From the IMG/VR virus record IMGVR_UViG_3300030329_005244: a stretch of 64,000 nt of DNA, one strand, 5' to 3'. Below the pieces are notes generated by a model. The model saw only the letters and a list, made by a program, of their open reading frames with translations, ran no database searches and was not told the origin of the DNA. Source of the DNA: a virus. The translations under genes were made by a program, and so were the position numbers. Positions 28,435 through 38,802 of the stretch are shown here, one piece after another (the stretch's first letter is position 1; each line of letters opens with the position of its first letter).

Positions 28435-30073
28435 AGTCTTCTACTCGGAACTTAAATGTTTGTCGTTGCTCGCGCCAGGTGGCGAGCCCACTATCATAAA
28501 ATGAGAATTTTATTCCGTAAGCATAACCCGGCTCCAATAAGCTCATATCTAAGTCAAAATAGTTGCCCGAAACATCATATGATAATCCCGTATGAAGATC
28601 GCTCCCAGTCCCATAAGGAATGGCGTTGTAAGCATCCAATAATCTATAAATTTGATACGAAGCGCTCCTAATAGAAGTATTAGGAATGTTAGAACTTGCT
28701 CGGGTATAAATAGTTGGACTCCAATTTTTCTCGCGCACATACAAGTTGAATCTCCCCACTTCATCTGCGCGATACCTATCTCGTAAATTGGTGATATTAA
28801 TGTAATAAACCGGACGAGTTTCCACCACGGAGGAACCCAAGGTTAGAGGAGTGATGGTGCCTGTGTGAAATTGCACTTTAAGATGATCGCCATCAATAAT
28901 ACTACCTGTTGACCACACATCATAAAGAGTTTTTATGGGCGTTGCTGCTGCCGTAAAAGCCAGCGAAGCAGTATAAATCCCAGTTTCCTTCCATCCTCCA
29001 GATACGCTTGTCACGACGGAAGAATTGGAGCCATCATACAACTCCAATTTAGAGCCCGAAGGAGCGCTGTTATTTGCTGATCCCGAGAAGAGGGACAACA
29101 TAATAGAACCTGTCGTCCCAATCTCAGGAATATCCGTTAAGCGCCCTCGAACTACATTATAGAGATAAAGGGTATTAAGGTTGTCTTCGCCTGTTGCCAA
29201 AGAACTGCTATAGTAAAAAGAGCCCCGGTCGTCATATCGAGTAGAATTCCAACGCGCTTCAATTACCGGCTTTTTGAAAAAGAACTCGGTGCCTCGCGCA
29301 AACATTCGCTTAGTGTAATAGGAGGTAGTGGAGCCACTAGGGTTATAAATAACCGCGCTCGTAGGAGATTGCGCATCTAAAGTCTGGGGGACTCGACTTA
29401 CCAATTCGTCCGCAGAGCTTGATGAGGCTGCTTCATAACTCGCTGAGAGTTTTACTCCGATGCCATAATTCGTCCATGTCCCAGCCATCCATTGCTCTAC
29501 CCAGGGAGTAATGTTAACCTCTACATCTTCCAGCCCTGTGGAGAAGTCTTGGGTAAAAGTAAAGATGTCTACATCTACATCCGCGTTTACCGTTCCGGTG
29601 TGATAAGAGCCCCCCGCCAAAAGAGTGCCATTGTCATCATACCAGTAGCCAGTGGCAGCGTTTGATGCCGACATCCAGTTGGCACCCGTGTTTCCATAGG
29701 TAAGATCAGTGTAATTCTCTAAATCAAGTCCAACCCCTTCTTGCCATGATTGTGAAACTGCTAAGAAAGTAAGGGTATAGTCGCGAGGGACCGTTTTAGA
29801 ACTCTCAGCAGAGAACATGCGGAGATAAAAACTCACACTGCCCGAAGCAGGAATGTCACCAGCAGTCCTATCGGTACTAATATCGGTGATAGGAAACTTA
29901 ATCAAAACCCGAGACAACTCCTGAGAACTGGTGGATTGGCGTCCGTACACCGAATAGACTTCTAAAATATCAGCCTCGCCAGCATTGGAGCCGGTTCCAC
30001 GAATCTCTAAATTGTTTTGGTAAGCATTAACAATAGTTGTATCAGCATTAGCCACATACTTCTTGATACCCAT
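28424..30073 (-). CDS. DNRLRE/CBM96-like domain virion protein
   Basis: ADTTI...N.G...SRVLIKF...YLRMF...VSQSWQEG...ANW...VNITPWVEQW...NYGIGVK pattern typical of DNRLRE domains; lies between gp6 and the giant wedge protein. Confidence 0.6.
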   Translation of the reverse strand: MGIKKYVANADTTIVNAYQNNLEIRGTGSNAGEADILEVYSVYGRQSTSSQELSRVLIKFPITDISTDRTAGDIPASGSVSFYLRMFSAESSKTVPRDYTLTFLAVSQSWQEGVGLDLENYTDLTYGNTGANWMSASNAATGYWYDDNGTLLAGGSYHTGTVNADVDVDIFTFTQDFSTGLEDVEVNITPWVEQWMAGTWTNYGIGVKLSASYEAASSSSADELVSRVPQTLDAQSPTSAVIYNPSGSTTSYYTKRMFARGTEFFFKKPVIEARWNSTRYDDRGSFYYSSSLATGEDNLNTLYLYNVVRGRLTDIPEIGTTGSIMLSLFSGSANNSAPSGSKLELYDGSNSSVVTSVSGGWKETGIYTASLAFTAAATPIKTLYDVWSTGSIIDGDHLKVQFHTGTITPLTLGSSVVETRPVYYINITNLRDRYRADEVGRFNLYVREKNWSPTIYTRASSNIPNTSIRSASYQIYRLLDAYNAIPYGTGSDLHTGLSYDVSGNYFDLDMSLLEPGYAYGIKFSFYDSGLATWREQRQTFKFRVEDYEY

Positions 30074-31869
30074 TACCTAATCTTTCCTTTTATATCTGTG
30101 GCCGGATACTTGATTTCCACAATAGCATTCACAGGAACCATCAAATAGCTGCCATCTGGCGACATGTTTTGATTGATGTTAAGTTGTGCCGAGGAATAAT
30201 TTCCTCCTGCTTTGTTCACCAATTTCACCTTTTCCACATCTAAGACACCCGTCACCTCTTTCAACTCTGCATAAATATCACTAATATAAAGCGGCTCGCC
30301 AATGAAAAATGAAGTTTCAAACTTTTTCGCGAGTGCGTTAATACATCGATTGACAAGAGAATATTTATCCGTTTGAGATGTGGGACGTACCACAAACTCA
30401 ATGCCGAGATTGAGAATATAAGGATCTAAAATGTCAATGGTGTCGTTAATCATTCTATAATGATTGAGCCAGGTTTTCAAGTTATTTTTTATAGTATTAT
30501 TAGTTTTAATAAGTTTGCCAAACTGATCTTCTGATACCACATACAAATTGAGATTTCGCTTTAACGAATCCTGGTCTTTTGTGATGAGACATCGCTTAAT
30601 CGAACCAAATTTGGGAGGCATCCGATACGCCACGTTTTCATAATCCGCCTGCGTAACTGCTCGATTTTGTGTGGGAAAAGTATCATAAATACGCTGTTTT
30701 AATTCTGCCGATGTGGGAAAGCTGACATCTCCGACAATAGAATCTTCATTAGAAACCTCTAGAGAATTGCGCACAGTGCTCATCGTTGAGGTAGAAAGCA
30801 GTTGAGCATTCTTAAACTCCATTTGTGTGGTTCCCAGTTCATTTATCGATCCAGGCCCAGCATTAGAGTTAGTAAGATTGGTGGCGCGATAGGCTATGGT
30901 GAGCGTAGTGTTGGAGGGAACAATGCCCATATTCTGATTTTCAGAGAGCTTTGTCGGATCAAAAGTGGTTGTAGTGACATAATCTTTGCCAAATATCTCC
31001 ATCGCTACTTCTTGAGGTTGGGCCACCACATCAGTTGCTCCCGAACGCCCACTTCCAAATTGAAGGAAAGTCTCCGTTTTTGTTTGCGTCACAACAAACT
31101 TTCTAGACACCAACATGGGCTTTAAAATTGACGCAACGTTATCGCTCTTAAAATTAGGATTTCCCACCTCTTTAAGCACCATGTCTTGAGCTAAATAATC
31201 CACTTCAAAATATTCATTTCCTTGGGAATCCACCACCGAAAGAATTTCTGTCACCCCGTTTACTGGCACTTTCACTTTTAAAAATCGTTGAAACTCCCCC
31301 ACCTCTATGGTGGTGGAACTAAAAAAGCCAGAAACCACATTTCCATAGGCTTTAATGGCATAATTGGTGGGAGCGCCTGTCGTGTTGTCCACTGTTGCCA
31401 CAACCACAGCATTCTTCGGATCTGCAAAGTCTACGTTTTGCGTGAGTACAAAAGTCAACCCATTAGTAGAACTAAAAGTGGTTCCCCGCTGCAATAGGGG
31501 AATATACTGGGTATCCGGGCCCAGTCCCGTGGCGGATGCGGGCACCAAAACAAAGAGTGCCACCTCTCCAAACGTCGATGGGCGACCACCAAATTTATAA
31601 CCCAAGATGCGCCCGTGCCGAATGATGTTATCGTATTGATAAGCTGTATCTAAGAAGGTTTCATTGACATTGTAGTCGAGATAAAAAGAAAGCTGATCCC
31701 CTACATACGCTATGGTATCCACCATAAAAGAAGCAAAAGTCCCTTGACTAAAGTCTTGAAAGGTGTCGGGATAGAAACGTTCCGCAATACCAATTAAATC
31801 TCGCCTAATCGACTCGTAATCGCGATTGGTATAATTAATAGGAACTATCTTTTTTTGTTGATCTGACAT
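30073..31869 (-). CDS. Baseplate wedge subunit (T4 gp6 / baseplate J-like)
   Basis: YTNRDYESIRRDL, AYVGDQLSFYLD...ETFLDTA, GRILGYK, LQFGSG, QNRAVTQADYE. Confidence 0.9.
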   Translation of the reverse strand: MSDQQKKIVPINYTNRDYESIRRDLIGIAERFYPDTFQDFSQGTFASFMVDTIAYVGDQLSFYLDYNVNETFLDTAYQYDNIIRHGRILGYKFGGRPSTFGEVALFVLVPASATGLGPDTQYIPLLQRGTTFSSTNGLTFVLTQNVDFADPKNAVVVATVDNTTGAPTNYAIKAYGNVVSGFFSSTTIEVGEFQRFLKVKVPVNGVTEILSVVDSQGNEYFEVDYLAQDMVLKEVGNPNFKSDNVASILKPMLVSRKFVVTQTKTETFLQFGSGRSGATDVVAQPQEVAMEIFGKDYVTTTTFDPTKLSENQNMGIVPSNTTLTIAYRATNLTNSNAGPGSINELGTTQMEFKNAQLLSTSTMSTVRNSLEVSNEDSIVGDVSFPTSAELKQRIYDTFPTQNRAVTQADYENVAYRMPPKFGSIKRCLITKDQDSLKRNLNLYVVSEDQFGKLIKTNNTIKNNLKTWLNHYRMINDTIDILDPYILNLGIEFVVRPTSQTDKYSLVNRCINALAKKFETSFFIGEPLYISDIYAELKEVTGVLDVEKVKLVNKAGGNYSSAQLNINQNMSPDGSYLMVPVNAIVEIKYPATDIKGKIR

Positions 31870-31884
31870 ACAAAACCCTCGAAA

Positions 31885-31894
31885 TTAAATAGTG
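31885..31894 (-). promoter_or_regulatory. Putative late-promoter element CACTATTTAA
   Basis: Overlaps the gp25 stop codon, 15 nt upstream of the gp6-like ATG. Confidence 0.4.
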
Positions 31895-32256
31895 ACATCA
31901 AGGAAATCTTGAAAGCCGATTTGCGGAACACTATAAATGATTCGCATCCTCAAGCGATTACCATCGGCGCCCGATTCATCAAAACTGATGTTTATTATTT
32001 TCACAATGGGCATATACCGACTTACTTGCTGTTGGAGTCTTTCGCGGATTCCCGAATAAGTGCTCGTGGTAAACGCCTCAAAAAGGTAACCCATCATTCC
32101 CACCCCATAATTGGGATCCATCACTCGTTCGCCAGGATTTGTAAGCACCAACATTTTAAAATTTTGAGCCACATTTGCCTGCAAGGTTTTTATCATTTCA
32201 TAACCATCAGCTTGATTTCTTCTGAGTGGTAACCGGACTCCATACGAAAATGCCAT
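31885..32256 (-). CDS. Baseplate wedge / sheath initiator (T4 gp25 / GPW-like)
   Basis: QNFKMLVLTNPGERVMDPNYGVG...YLFE signature; 123 aa; adjacent to gp6. Confidence 0.9.
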   Translation of the reverse strand: MAFSYGVRLPLRRNQADGYEMIKTLQANVAQNFKMLVLTNPGERVMDPNYGVGMMGYLFEAFTTSTYSGIRERLQQQVSRYMPIVKIINISFDESGADGNRLRMRIIYSVPQIGFQDFLDVTI

Positions 32257-32268
32257 CTTTAAATTTCC

Positions 32269-35200
32269 TTATTTCTCGCACATTTCCCCATTCTTATTGA
32301 ATGGGTTGGTGCGCAACATGCGCTTCTTGTACCATGGAAGTAGTTGGGCGCCTGATGGTGGTTTCAACATTTGCCTTAAGTTCTTAATCATCAGCTTACC
32401 CAAACCATCACGCTGCCGGCGCACATCCTCATCAAAGTCTCTAGAGTTGTAAGCTGGTTTGAACATTTTCTTCAAAGTTCTTTTCGTTTGCATGAGAGTT
32501 TCCTGACTCCATTTGTCATACTTTAAGTTAAATATACCGTTACCCCAAAAACTCTTCCTATCTGTATAGTATTCCCAAGCCCCGTCGGAATCTCCACCAG
32601 TAGTAACTGTAATCGTGCCATCACTCCCGATATCTACATTAGAAACGTAAACCCCAGGGTGTCCACTGACCGTATCCAACTTCTCTATCTTGCCTTGGAA
32701 ATCAGAACTTTCACCAAACGAAGTTTGGTTAATAGAAGGTAAAAAGCCCATATCATTATAAATAGCTGCCATAGCTGTTAATTTATTCACAGGACACGCA
32801 TAGCGCGTAATAAGCTGATACGTGGGATCTTTAGCTAAATTCATCAACAAGCAATAAAGAAGCTTGCTATTGGCTGCTAACGGATCAGTTTGGGCAATTG
32901 GTAAATCTAATGCGTCTATTTCAACACTCGTAATTTCTTTCTTAGTGCCCCCAACCTTCATGGAAAATTGGATACCATATCTCACCCCCATCTTTCCTGT
33001 AATTCCTACTTCATCTCCGCTGGTGGCATCCGTAACCACCGTCATGGTGCCGGGATAGACTTCAGAAATAAGGAGTTCGTTGTTGTTGGCTTTAATGGTG
33101 GACAAGGCACTAGTCGTCGTGTCCCGGACCCATCCATTCCCTGAGTTTATCGCTATATATTTTTCTATAATGAAAGGCTTCGTGGCGTCAGCGGAAGGGT
33201 TGTAGCCATATTCTTCCACATCGCCAATACTAAGCGTAACTTCATGAGCGAAGGGCGCAAGAATCGAATGAGGCTCTTCCGTGTGAAATTCTCCCGCCAT
33301 CCAAATAGGAGTGCCAGTATCCTCATCTATATGAACGTGATAATAGCCGATGTATTCTTCACCCTGAGTAAAAGTAGTCTCCCCATTATCTGTGGCAACA
33401 TATAGATGTCCACCGGGCGTATACTGTTCATCCACTTCTTCGGTGGGCAAGCTTTCCAGCTCCTCTTCAACATCGCCGTCGAGTTTTAAATCTTTCCCAC
33501 CTTGCGTAAGCTTCTCTAAAAAGTAATAATCCAAATTATACACATCAGGAGACATTCCCAGAATTTGCAAATTGTTTACAAGCTTTTCGCCCATCACATT
33601 CAGTTCTCTAATCATAAATTCTTTAAGAACTCGCTTGGCTTTCTCTTGTGTCTTCATAATGGCATAATATTTTAAGTCTTCTCGATAATTCTTCACAAAC
33701 CATCGCCTCGTCTCGCCAGCCTTATAGTCGTCGTGCCGATCCCATCGCATGGGGTAATTGTCAAAGTAGGCTTCAGACATATCATTAAGCTCTCGCAAAA
33801 TTTGGAGAACTTCATCGGGAGGATCTTCAATTTCCCCTTGATCCACCATGCGCCCATATGTTTGCACCGATTGCTCCAAGAACGCATACCAGAACTCATC
33901 GTCCTTAAACGCGGAGAAGAATTCGAAAAACCCACTTTGTGCATCTTTAAAATCTTCCTCCATTAGTTCAACCAAATACGAAGCAAAGAGCGAACTAAAG
34001 GTTTCGGGGAATTTGGGATAAAACTTGGTGAATGTAGCCATGCCTTTGATAATCCCGGTTGTCGCGTAGACACGACAAGCTGCCATAATAATGCCTTGAA
34101 TGTCTGCGGCAGCTTGCCTTTCCAGAATGCGACTGTATGGCACCTCTCTTACACATTTGGGATCTTGAGAAAGCCTGTCATCATGCGGCATAAAGCGATA
34201 TGCCTCACTTACAGCATCCTTAATATCGCCGAAATCTACAATGTCTGTATGACGTGGTTTGCATGCAGTCATTTCAGGGAAAAGAGCATCAACAAAACCA
34301 AGCCATCCTTTATTTTTAATTGGCTTAATATAAAGAGGGGGATTCACATAGTTGCCACCATATTGAGTAGGATCCAGATAAAAAACACGATTATTATCGG
34401 GATCGGAATATTCCATTCGACTCACACCGAGAATCTGATCGCTGTTTTTGATAGGACGAGTGCCATCGCGATTACCATCTTTATCGTAGTTGGCCACCTC
34501 AGCTTCCCAATAGAGAGTGCCCCCAGGGGATTCTGTTTGTCCTTTCTTCACCACATACTCTACTTGAGGATAGGTTAAGCCATCAAATTCAGCCCCATAG
34601 TTAAACGCCGCTTCGTTCTCACTTACATCGCTTATAATTTGACCCATCATGGTGCCCATAAAGGCTTCATAAGTGCTTGTTATTTCACCCCTTCCCACAC
34701 TACCCCCCATCATATCGTACAACAGAGCAACCTGGGGCATCGTACTCTGATAACTCTGGAAGCATGCTGCCCAGGAAGGATAATCCACAGGCTCTACTTC
34801 AGGCATCTCATCAAAAGAAATAAATTCATACTTATATGTCTCTATTCCATCCTCGACGCCCATATTCTTCAACAAATCCAGCAACTCAGCTACATTAGTT
34901 TCACTGGTAGCTGAATCAGAACCAGGATCAGTAATGCGCGTAATAAGATTCATATTTGTCAAATCATTAATGATAACTCGGGCATTATTGCCAGGCACAT
35001 TAGTCCAGATATCATCTTGTTCTTGCAAATCCGAAAGGAAAAAATGCAGAACAAATCCCTTATCAAACCCGGTGCCATCGTGAGTAGCGCGTCCTAAGTT
35101 GTTGTCCTTAAACATAAGCTCTAAATCAGATGTCTTTTTGCGAGGTTCGCGAATTAACTTATAAGAATCATTTTCAAAATCAGGAACATATGTGACATTG

Positions 35201-38200
35201 TAACCCACATCCACTGTGCTGATGGCATCTCTAATGGTTACTTGCTTAAACGCTTTATCCGACATATCAATTCTTATAACTTCCCTATCCTGCTTACTGT
35301 TATTTACATTAAAAGTAGTGGATACCCCACCCATCTGCTGCTGAAGCCAACCGGCAACCTTTGTTGGATACGCGCCATACTGCCTTTCGAGTTTGGAATA
35401 ATTCCCAAAAGCTATCTTGCGGGGGAAAATGCCTTGCGAATCAGGATCTTCAAAATAAAATGGCTCAATAGTAAAGTCCACGTAACGCTTGCTGCGTGCC
35501 ACCATTCGATTGTGGCGCGTCAACGAATTGCCATGAGTATCTGCCATCAACATGTTGATGAGCCCCCATCGATTTGGACCCGGGCCGCTCCCCAACATAT
35601 CAATCGAAAAAGCCGTCTGAACACGTTGAAAGTTGCCCGAAATCAAATCAGTGGCAGTGGACACCATGTCCTCGTCCTCGAAAGGAGCAATGCCGTCATC
35701 ACAACCAGGAGCCGACACCAGAGGGGGCATATTTGCAGCCACCAAATCTCCCATATTTCCAGCATTTAAAATATCAGCAAACTCCTCGATGTCACGCTGA
35801 GTTTGTTCTCGACCCTCTTCGCACATCAACTCTACTTGTTCTGGAGTGGCTCGTCCAGCCAAAATATCCTTACGCACCTGGCACCACTGTTCCAGTTTTT
35901 CTGGGGTGGCACAAAGAGTGGGATTTGCCGGCAAATCATCAGAACCATTGGTAGCCAAATCAGCCAAAGCCCGTTTTTGAGACGTGGGCATGAGATTTCC
36001 CACTGCTTCAAACATTTGTGCCAGATCATCAGGAGTTTTAATAGCCTTGCCCAAATCAGGATAATCATCCTGCAACAGAGCGAACATGGTATCCAGGGAC
36101 TCTGGAATGGGTTCGCCAGTAAACATTGCAGCCCATTCGCGCTCCGTACTTGTAGAAGAAGCATCACTAAAGAAATTCATTGTTTGTTCGGTGTCTGCCA
36201 AGGCTGCCGCACCCATGCCTAGATTGGAAGCCAGGTCCAATACGGTTTGCTGCACCTGTTCATCGGGAGCATTTCCACAAACAGTGTCGCGAATCATATC
36301 CGAAAACGTATTCTCAGAGAAAGCCGACTGTACCGCAGCGCCCGCCATCTCCAGTGCCTTACAAATTGCACCACCAATCAAATCACACATCTTCTTAAAA
36401 ATCATACATAGAATTTTGAAAAGAATAGCTTTGATGGCCTCGATAATCGCATCCCGCAAGGCTTGATAGAGCATCTTCCAAAACCCCGAAAAGTCTGGGA
36501 AGTCTATTCTTGGCAACTTGATGCGACCACCATGGCGACATATGGGCAACTCTAAGCTCCCAATAAAGTCCACCCAGCTAGGGTTGAAAAGCGGATCACG
36601 GGGGCAATCCATCAATGCCAACACATTAAAAAGAAGGGGAGCACCGGGGAACTTGTTCAATTCATCCAGAAGATCTAACAAATTGTCCTTATAGACTTCC
36701 AGAAGCGCCTTAATATAAGCCTGGAGCACCACCGTAGACCGCAAACCCATTCCGGCTTGATCGAATTGCTGTGCTAACGGACGTTTGGGATTGTTTTCTA
36801 TTTCTTGTTCTGCCGCATAGGCAGCGTTTTCATTTTGTTTTTGAGTCTTCGCTTGTTGTAGCGTATCAGCAGTATCCCACGGCTTTTGAAACGAACTTGG
36901 ATCACCGTTCATGGCATCCATGGCGTCCGACGCTTGTTGGTTAAAGCTTCCTTCTTGAAACACATCCCCTTGGGCTATCTTCTTCTTAACGAGGGCATCC
37001 AGTTCTGCCTGCTTTTCAGGGGGCAAGCCAACAAAAAGAACCCCAAAGTTTTCAACCGACATATTGGCCAAAGCGCTTTGAATAACACTAGCCAATGCCT
37101 CTTCGAGTGTTAGACCCGCAAACAAACACTTAATAGTGCCGGCCAACAAATCAAACAATCCACACCACTTCAATGCGCCCAGTGTCTTATCCCAAGCAAG
37201 GTTTATCTCAAAGCCATTGCCCTTGCACAGTTCTTCTGCCATAATGGGACAGATGTTTTGAATCAACAAATCTCTATCGTCCAGCTCTTCATTCATTTGC
37301 CGTTCAATTTCTGCTTTTAAGTTATCTTGAAACTTTTCATCGGCGTTTTGGCGATAATCTTCAAACTCCTGAAGACTTCCCGTAAATTCGCCAGATGCCT
37401 TAGCCATTTCATAATATGTCTCTACGCGGTAGTCATTCGCGTGTAGGTCTGGGCTCCCCTGCTTGCGCATCTCCTTCTCTTCCTCTGTAAGAAGAATCTC
37501 GGGAAGCACCAACCCCATACGTCGCTTGCGCTTTTCTTGTTCTTCAGGCGTGGCGCACATATTTTGATGGAAGAGATATGCAATCATGTCGCCAATACTG
37601 AAGGCTTCATCAAAAATATCTTGCATAAACTGCTTGTGTTCTGCCGCCAAATTCGCAGCGATACAGCTTCCGATGGATTTTTCAGGATCAGTGCTCAAAT
37701 AGCCGGCGTTGGTAGTGCTGTAAATCTCGGGGTAAGTATGCTTTTTGAGAAACTCTAACCACTGCATTGGCTCACGAGCTTCTAAGTCGTTAATCATTTG
37801 ATTCATGTGAGCAAAATAAGCCACTGCGGTGGGATCACTCCACGAAGCTTTTGCCTTTAAGGGTTTTAGTTTTTGATTTCCATACTTTTTGGGAACAAGT
37901 TGGCAGTCTTCGGTATAGACGAGCATCTTCCCTAATTCATATTCGGGCGTAAAGTGAAACTCAATCTTTTCTACCCTATCTAGGGTAAATCCCCTTAGTG
38001 CGCCGGTTCCTGGCAATTTGAGCTTGCGCCCAAATAGAAAATCATCCAAATCGGAATAAAGTTGTCGCATGCGAGAAGTCTTACCAGGACGAAAATCCCA
38101 GCCATAGCGTGCTAAATTAAATCCTGCGCCTGCGGCTGGCCCCTCTAGATAAAAAAGGGCTTGCCCTTCAATAAAAGAACCCATCTTATAATAACGATTG

Positions 38201-38793
38201 TAAAGCCCTAAGCCCTTATTCACCTTGCTGATTTTACGCCTTAGCGCAGAGGCGCTATAAGTAACAGGGGGAACGTCCGACGGCTCTTCCTCTTCTTCCT
38301 CTTCTTCTGCTTCGCCGAGACTATTAAGTGTCTCACAGTCAACAGAATAAAGAAGCTTAAGGCGCGACTGAGGACGGGCGTCTAAGAAATAAGAAGTATA
38401 CTCCAGCACCCCTCTAATCTTCTCAACTGCCTCGGAAGAGTTGTCCTTATCATAAACATTGAGAAGCCACGTAATAGCTTGATCTTCGTACTCTTTAAAC
38501 CGTTGCGCGAGAAAAGCATCTGCCTCTTCGGGGGTGAGTGCTGGATTCTCAAAAGCCTCTTTCGGCATTGTGGTTGTATGAGATGTGCGAAGAGTAATCT
38601 GATATTTCGCAATCTTTTCATTTAGAAAGGGCTGATCTTTACGCCTCGTTTTCCAATCTGGCACCATAAAATTAGGATTGGGAAGACACTCGGCACCACA
38701 CTTAGGCGCAGGGGTGATAGGCATGTCATCGCATGCATCAACCATTCCATCATTGTTTTTATCTTGGTATTTTAAGAACTTAGAATCAGCCAT
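32269..38793 (-). CDS. Very large acidic hypothetical protein (2174 aa) between the gp5-like and gp25-like genes
   Basis: Uninterrupted ORF with SD AAGGA; N-terminal DKNNDGMVDACDD (DxDxDG-like), poly-E tract, helical Cys-containing middle; function not recognised. Confidence 0.7.
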   Translation of the reverse strand: MADSKFLKYQDKNNDGMVDACDDMPITPAPKCGAECLPNPNFMVPDWKTRRKDQPFLNEKIAKYQITLRTSHTTTMPKEAFENPALTPEEADAFLAQRFKEYEDQAITWLLNVYDKDNSSEAVEKIRGVLEYTSYFLDARPQSRLKLLYSVDCETLNSLGEAEEEEEEEEPSDVPPVTYSASALRRKISKVNKGLGLYNRYYKMGSFIEGQALFYLEGPAAGAGFNLARYGWDFRPGKTSRMRQLYSDLDDFLFGRKLKLPGTGALRGFTLDRVEKIEFHFTPEYELGKMLVYTEDCQLVPKKYGNQKLKPLKAKASWSDPTAVAYFAHMNQMINDLEAREPMQWLEFLKKHTYPEIYSTTNAGYLSTDPEKSIGSCIAANLAAEHKQFMQDIFDEAFSIGDMIAYLFHQNMCATPEEQEKRKRRMGLVLPEILLTEEEKEMRKQGSPDLHANDYRVETYYEMAKASGEFTGSLQEFEDYRQNADEKFQDNLKAEIERQMNEELDDRDLLIQNICPIMAEELCKGNGFEINLAWDKTLGALKWCGLFDLLAGTIKCLFAGLTLEEALASVIQSALANMSVENFGVLFVGLPPEKQAELDALVKKKIAQGDVFQEGSFNQQASDAMDAMNGDPSSFQKPWDTADTLQQAKTQKQNENAAYAAEQEIENNPKRPLAQQFDQAGMGLRSTVVLQAYIKALLEVYKDNLLDLLDELNKFPGAPLLFNVLALMDCPRDPLFNPSWVDFIGSLELPICRHGGRIKLPRIDFPDFSGFWKMLYQALRDAIIEAIKAILFKILCMIFKKMCDLIGGAICKALEMAGAAVQSAFSENTFSDMIRDTVCGNAPDEQVQQTVLDLASNLGMGAAALADTEQTMNFFSDASSTSTEREWAAMFTGEPIPESLDTMFALLQDDYPDLGKAIKTPDDLAQMFEAVGNLMPTSQKRALADLATNGSDDLPANPTLCATPEKLEQWCQVRKDILAGRATPEQVELMCEEGREQTQRDIEEFADILNAGNMGDLVAANMPPLVSAPGCDDGIAPFEDEDMVSTATDLISGNFQRVQTAFSIDMLGSGPGPNRWGLINMLMADTHGNSLTRHNRMVARSKRYVDFTIEPFYFEDPDSQGIFPRKIAFGNYSKLERQYGAYPTKVAGWLQQQMGGVSTTFNVNNSKQDREVIRIDMSDKAFKQVTIRDAISTVDVGYNVTYVPDFENDSYKLIREPRKKTSDLELMFKDNNLGRATHDGTGFDKGFVLHFFLSDLQEQDDIWTNVPGNNARVIINDLTNMNLITRITDPGSDSATSETNVAELLDLLKNMGVEDGIETYKYEFISFDEMPEVEPVDYPSWAACFQSYQSTMPQVALLYDMMGGSVGRGEITSTYEAFMGTMMGQIISDVSENEAAFNYGAEFDGLTYPQVEYVVKKGQTESPGGTLYWEAEVANYDKDGNRDGTRPIKNSDQILGVSRMEYSDPDNNRVFYLDPTQYGGNYVNPPLYIKPIKNKGWLGFVDALFPEMTACKPRHTDIVDFGDIKDAVSEAYRFMPHDDRLSQDPKCVREVPYSRILERQAAADIQGIIMAACRVYATTGIIKGMATFTKFYPKFPETFSSLFASYLVELMEEDFKDAQSGFFEFFSAFKDDEFWYAFLEQSVQTYGRMVDQGEIEDPPDEVLQILRELNDMSEAYFDNYPMRWDRHDDYKAGETRRWFVKNYREDLKYYAIMKTQEKAKRVLKEFMIRELNVMGEKLVNNLQILGMSPDVYNLDYYFLEKLTQGGKDLKLDGDVEEELESLPTEEVDEQYTPGGHLYVATDNGETTFTQGEEYIGYYHVHIDEDTGTPIWMAGEFHTEEPHSILAPFAHEVTLSIGDVEEYGYNPSADATKPFIIEKYIAINSGNGWVRDTTTSALSTIKANNNELLISEVYPGTMTVVTDATSGDEVGITGKMGVRYGIQFSMKVGGTKKEITSVEIDALDLPIAQTDPLAANSKLLYCLLMNLAKDPTYQLITRYACPVNKLTAMAAIYNDMGFLPSINQTSFGESSDFQGKIEKLDTVSGHPGVYVSNVDIGSDGTITVTTGGDSDGAWEYYTDRKSFWGNGIFNLKYDKWSQETLMQTKRTLKKMFKPAYNSRDFDEDVRRQRDGLGKLMIKNLRQMLKPPSGAQLLPWYKKRMLRTNPFNKNGEMCEK

Positions 38794-38802
38794 AGTATTT
38801 CC

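Noticed and set aside
38284-38312. (GAA/GAG)n repeat
   Set aside because: Encodes a short poly-Glu linker with mixed codons; no evidence of a functional DNA repeat.
32269-38793. Calling the 2174-aa protein the tape measure protein
   Set aside because: It lacks the Ala/Gly/Lys-rich periodic composition, is acidic and Pro/Cys-rich, and is not next to tube or chaperone genes; left as unknown.
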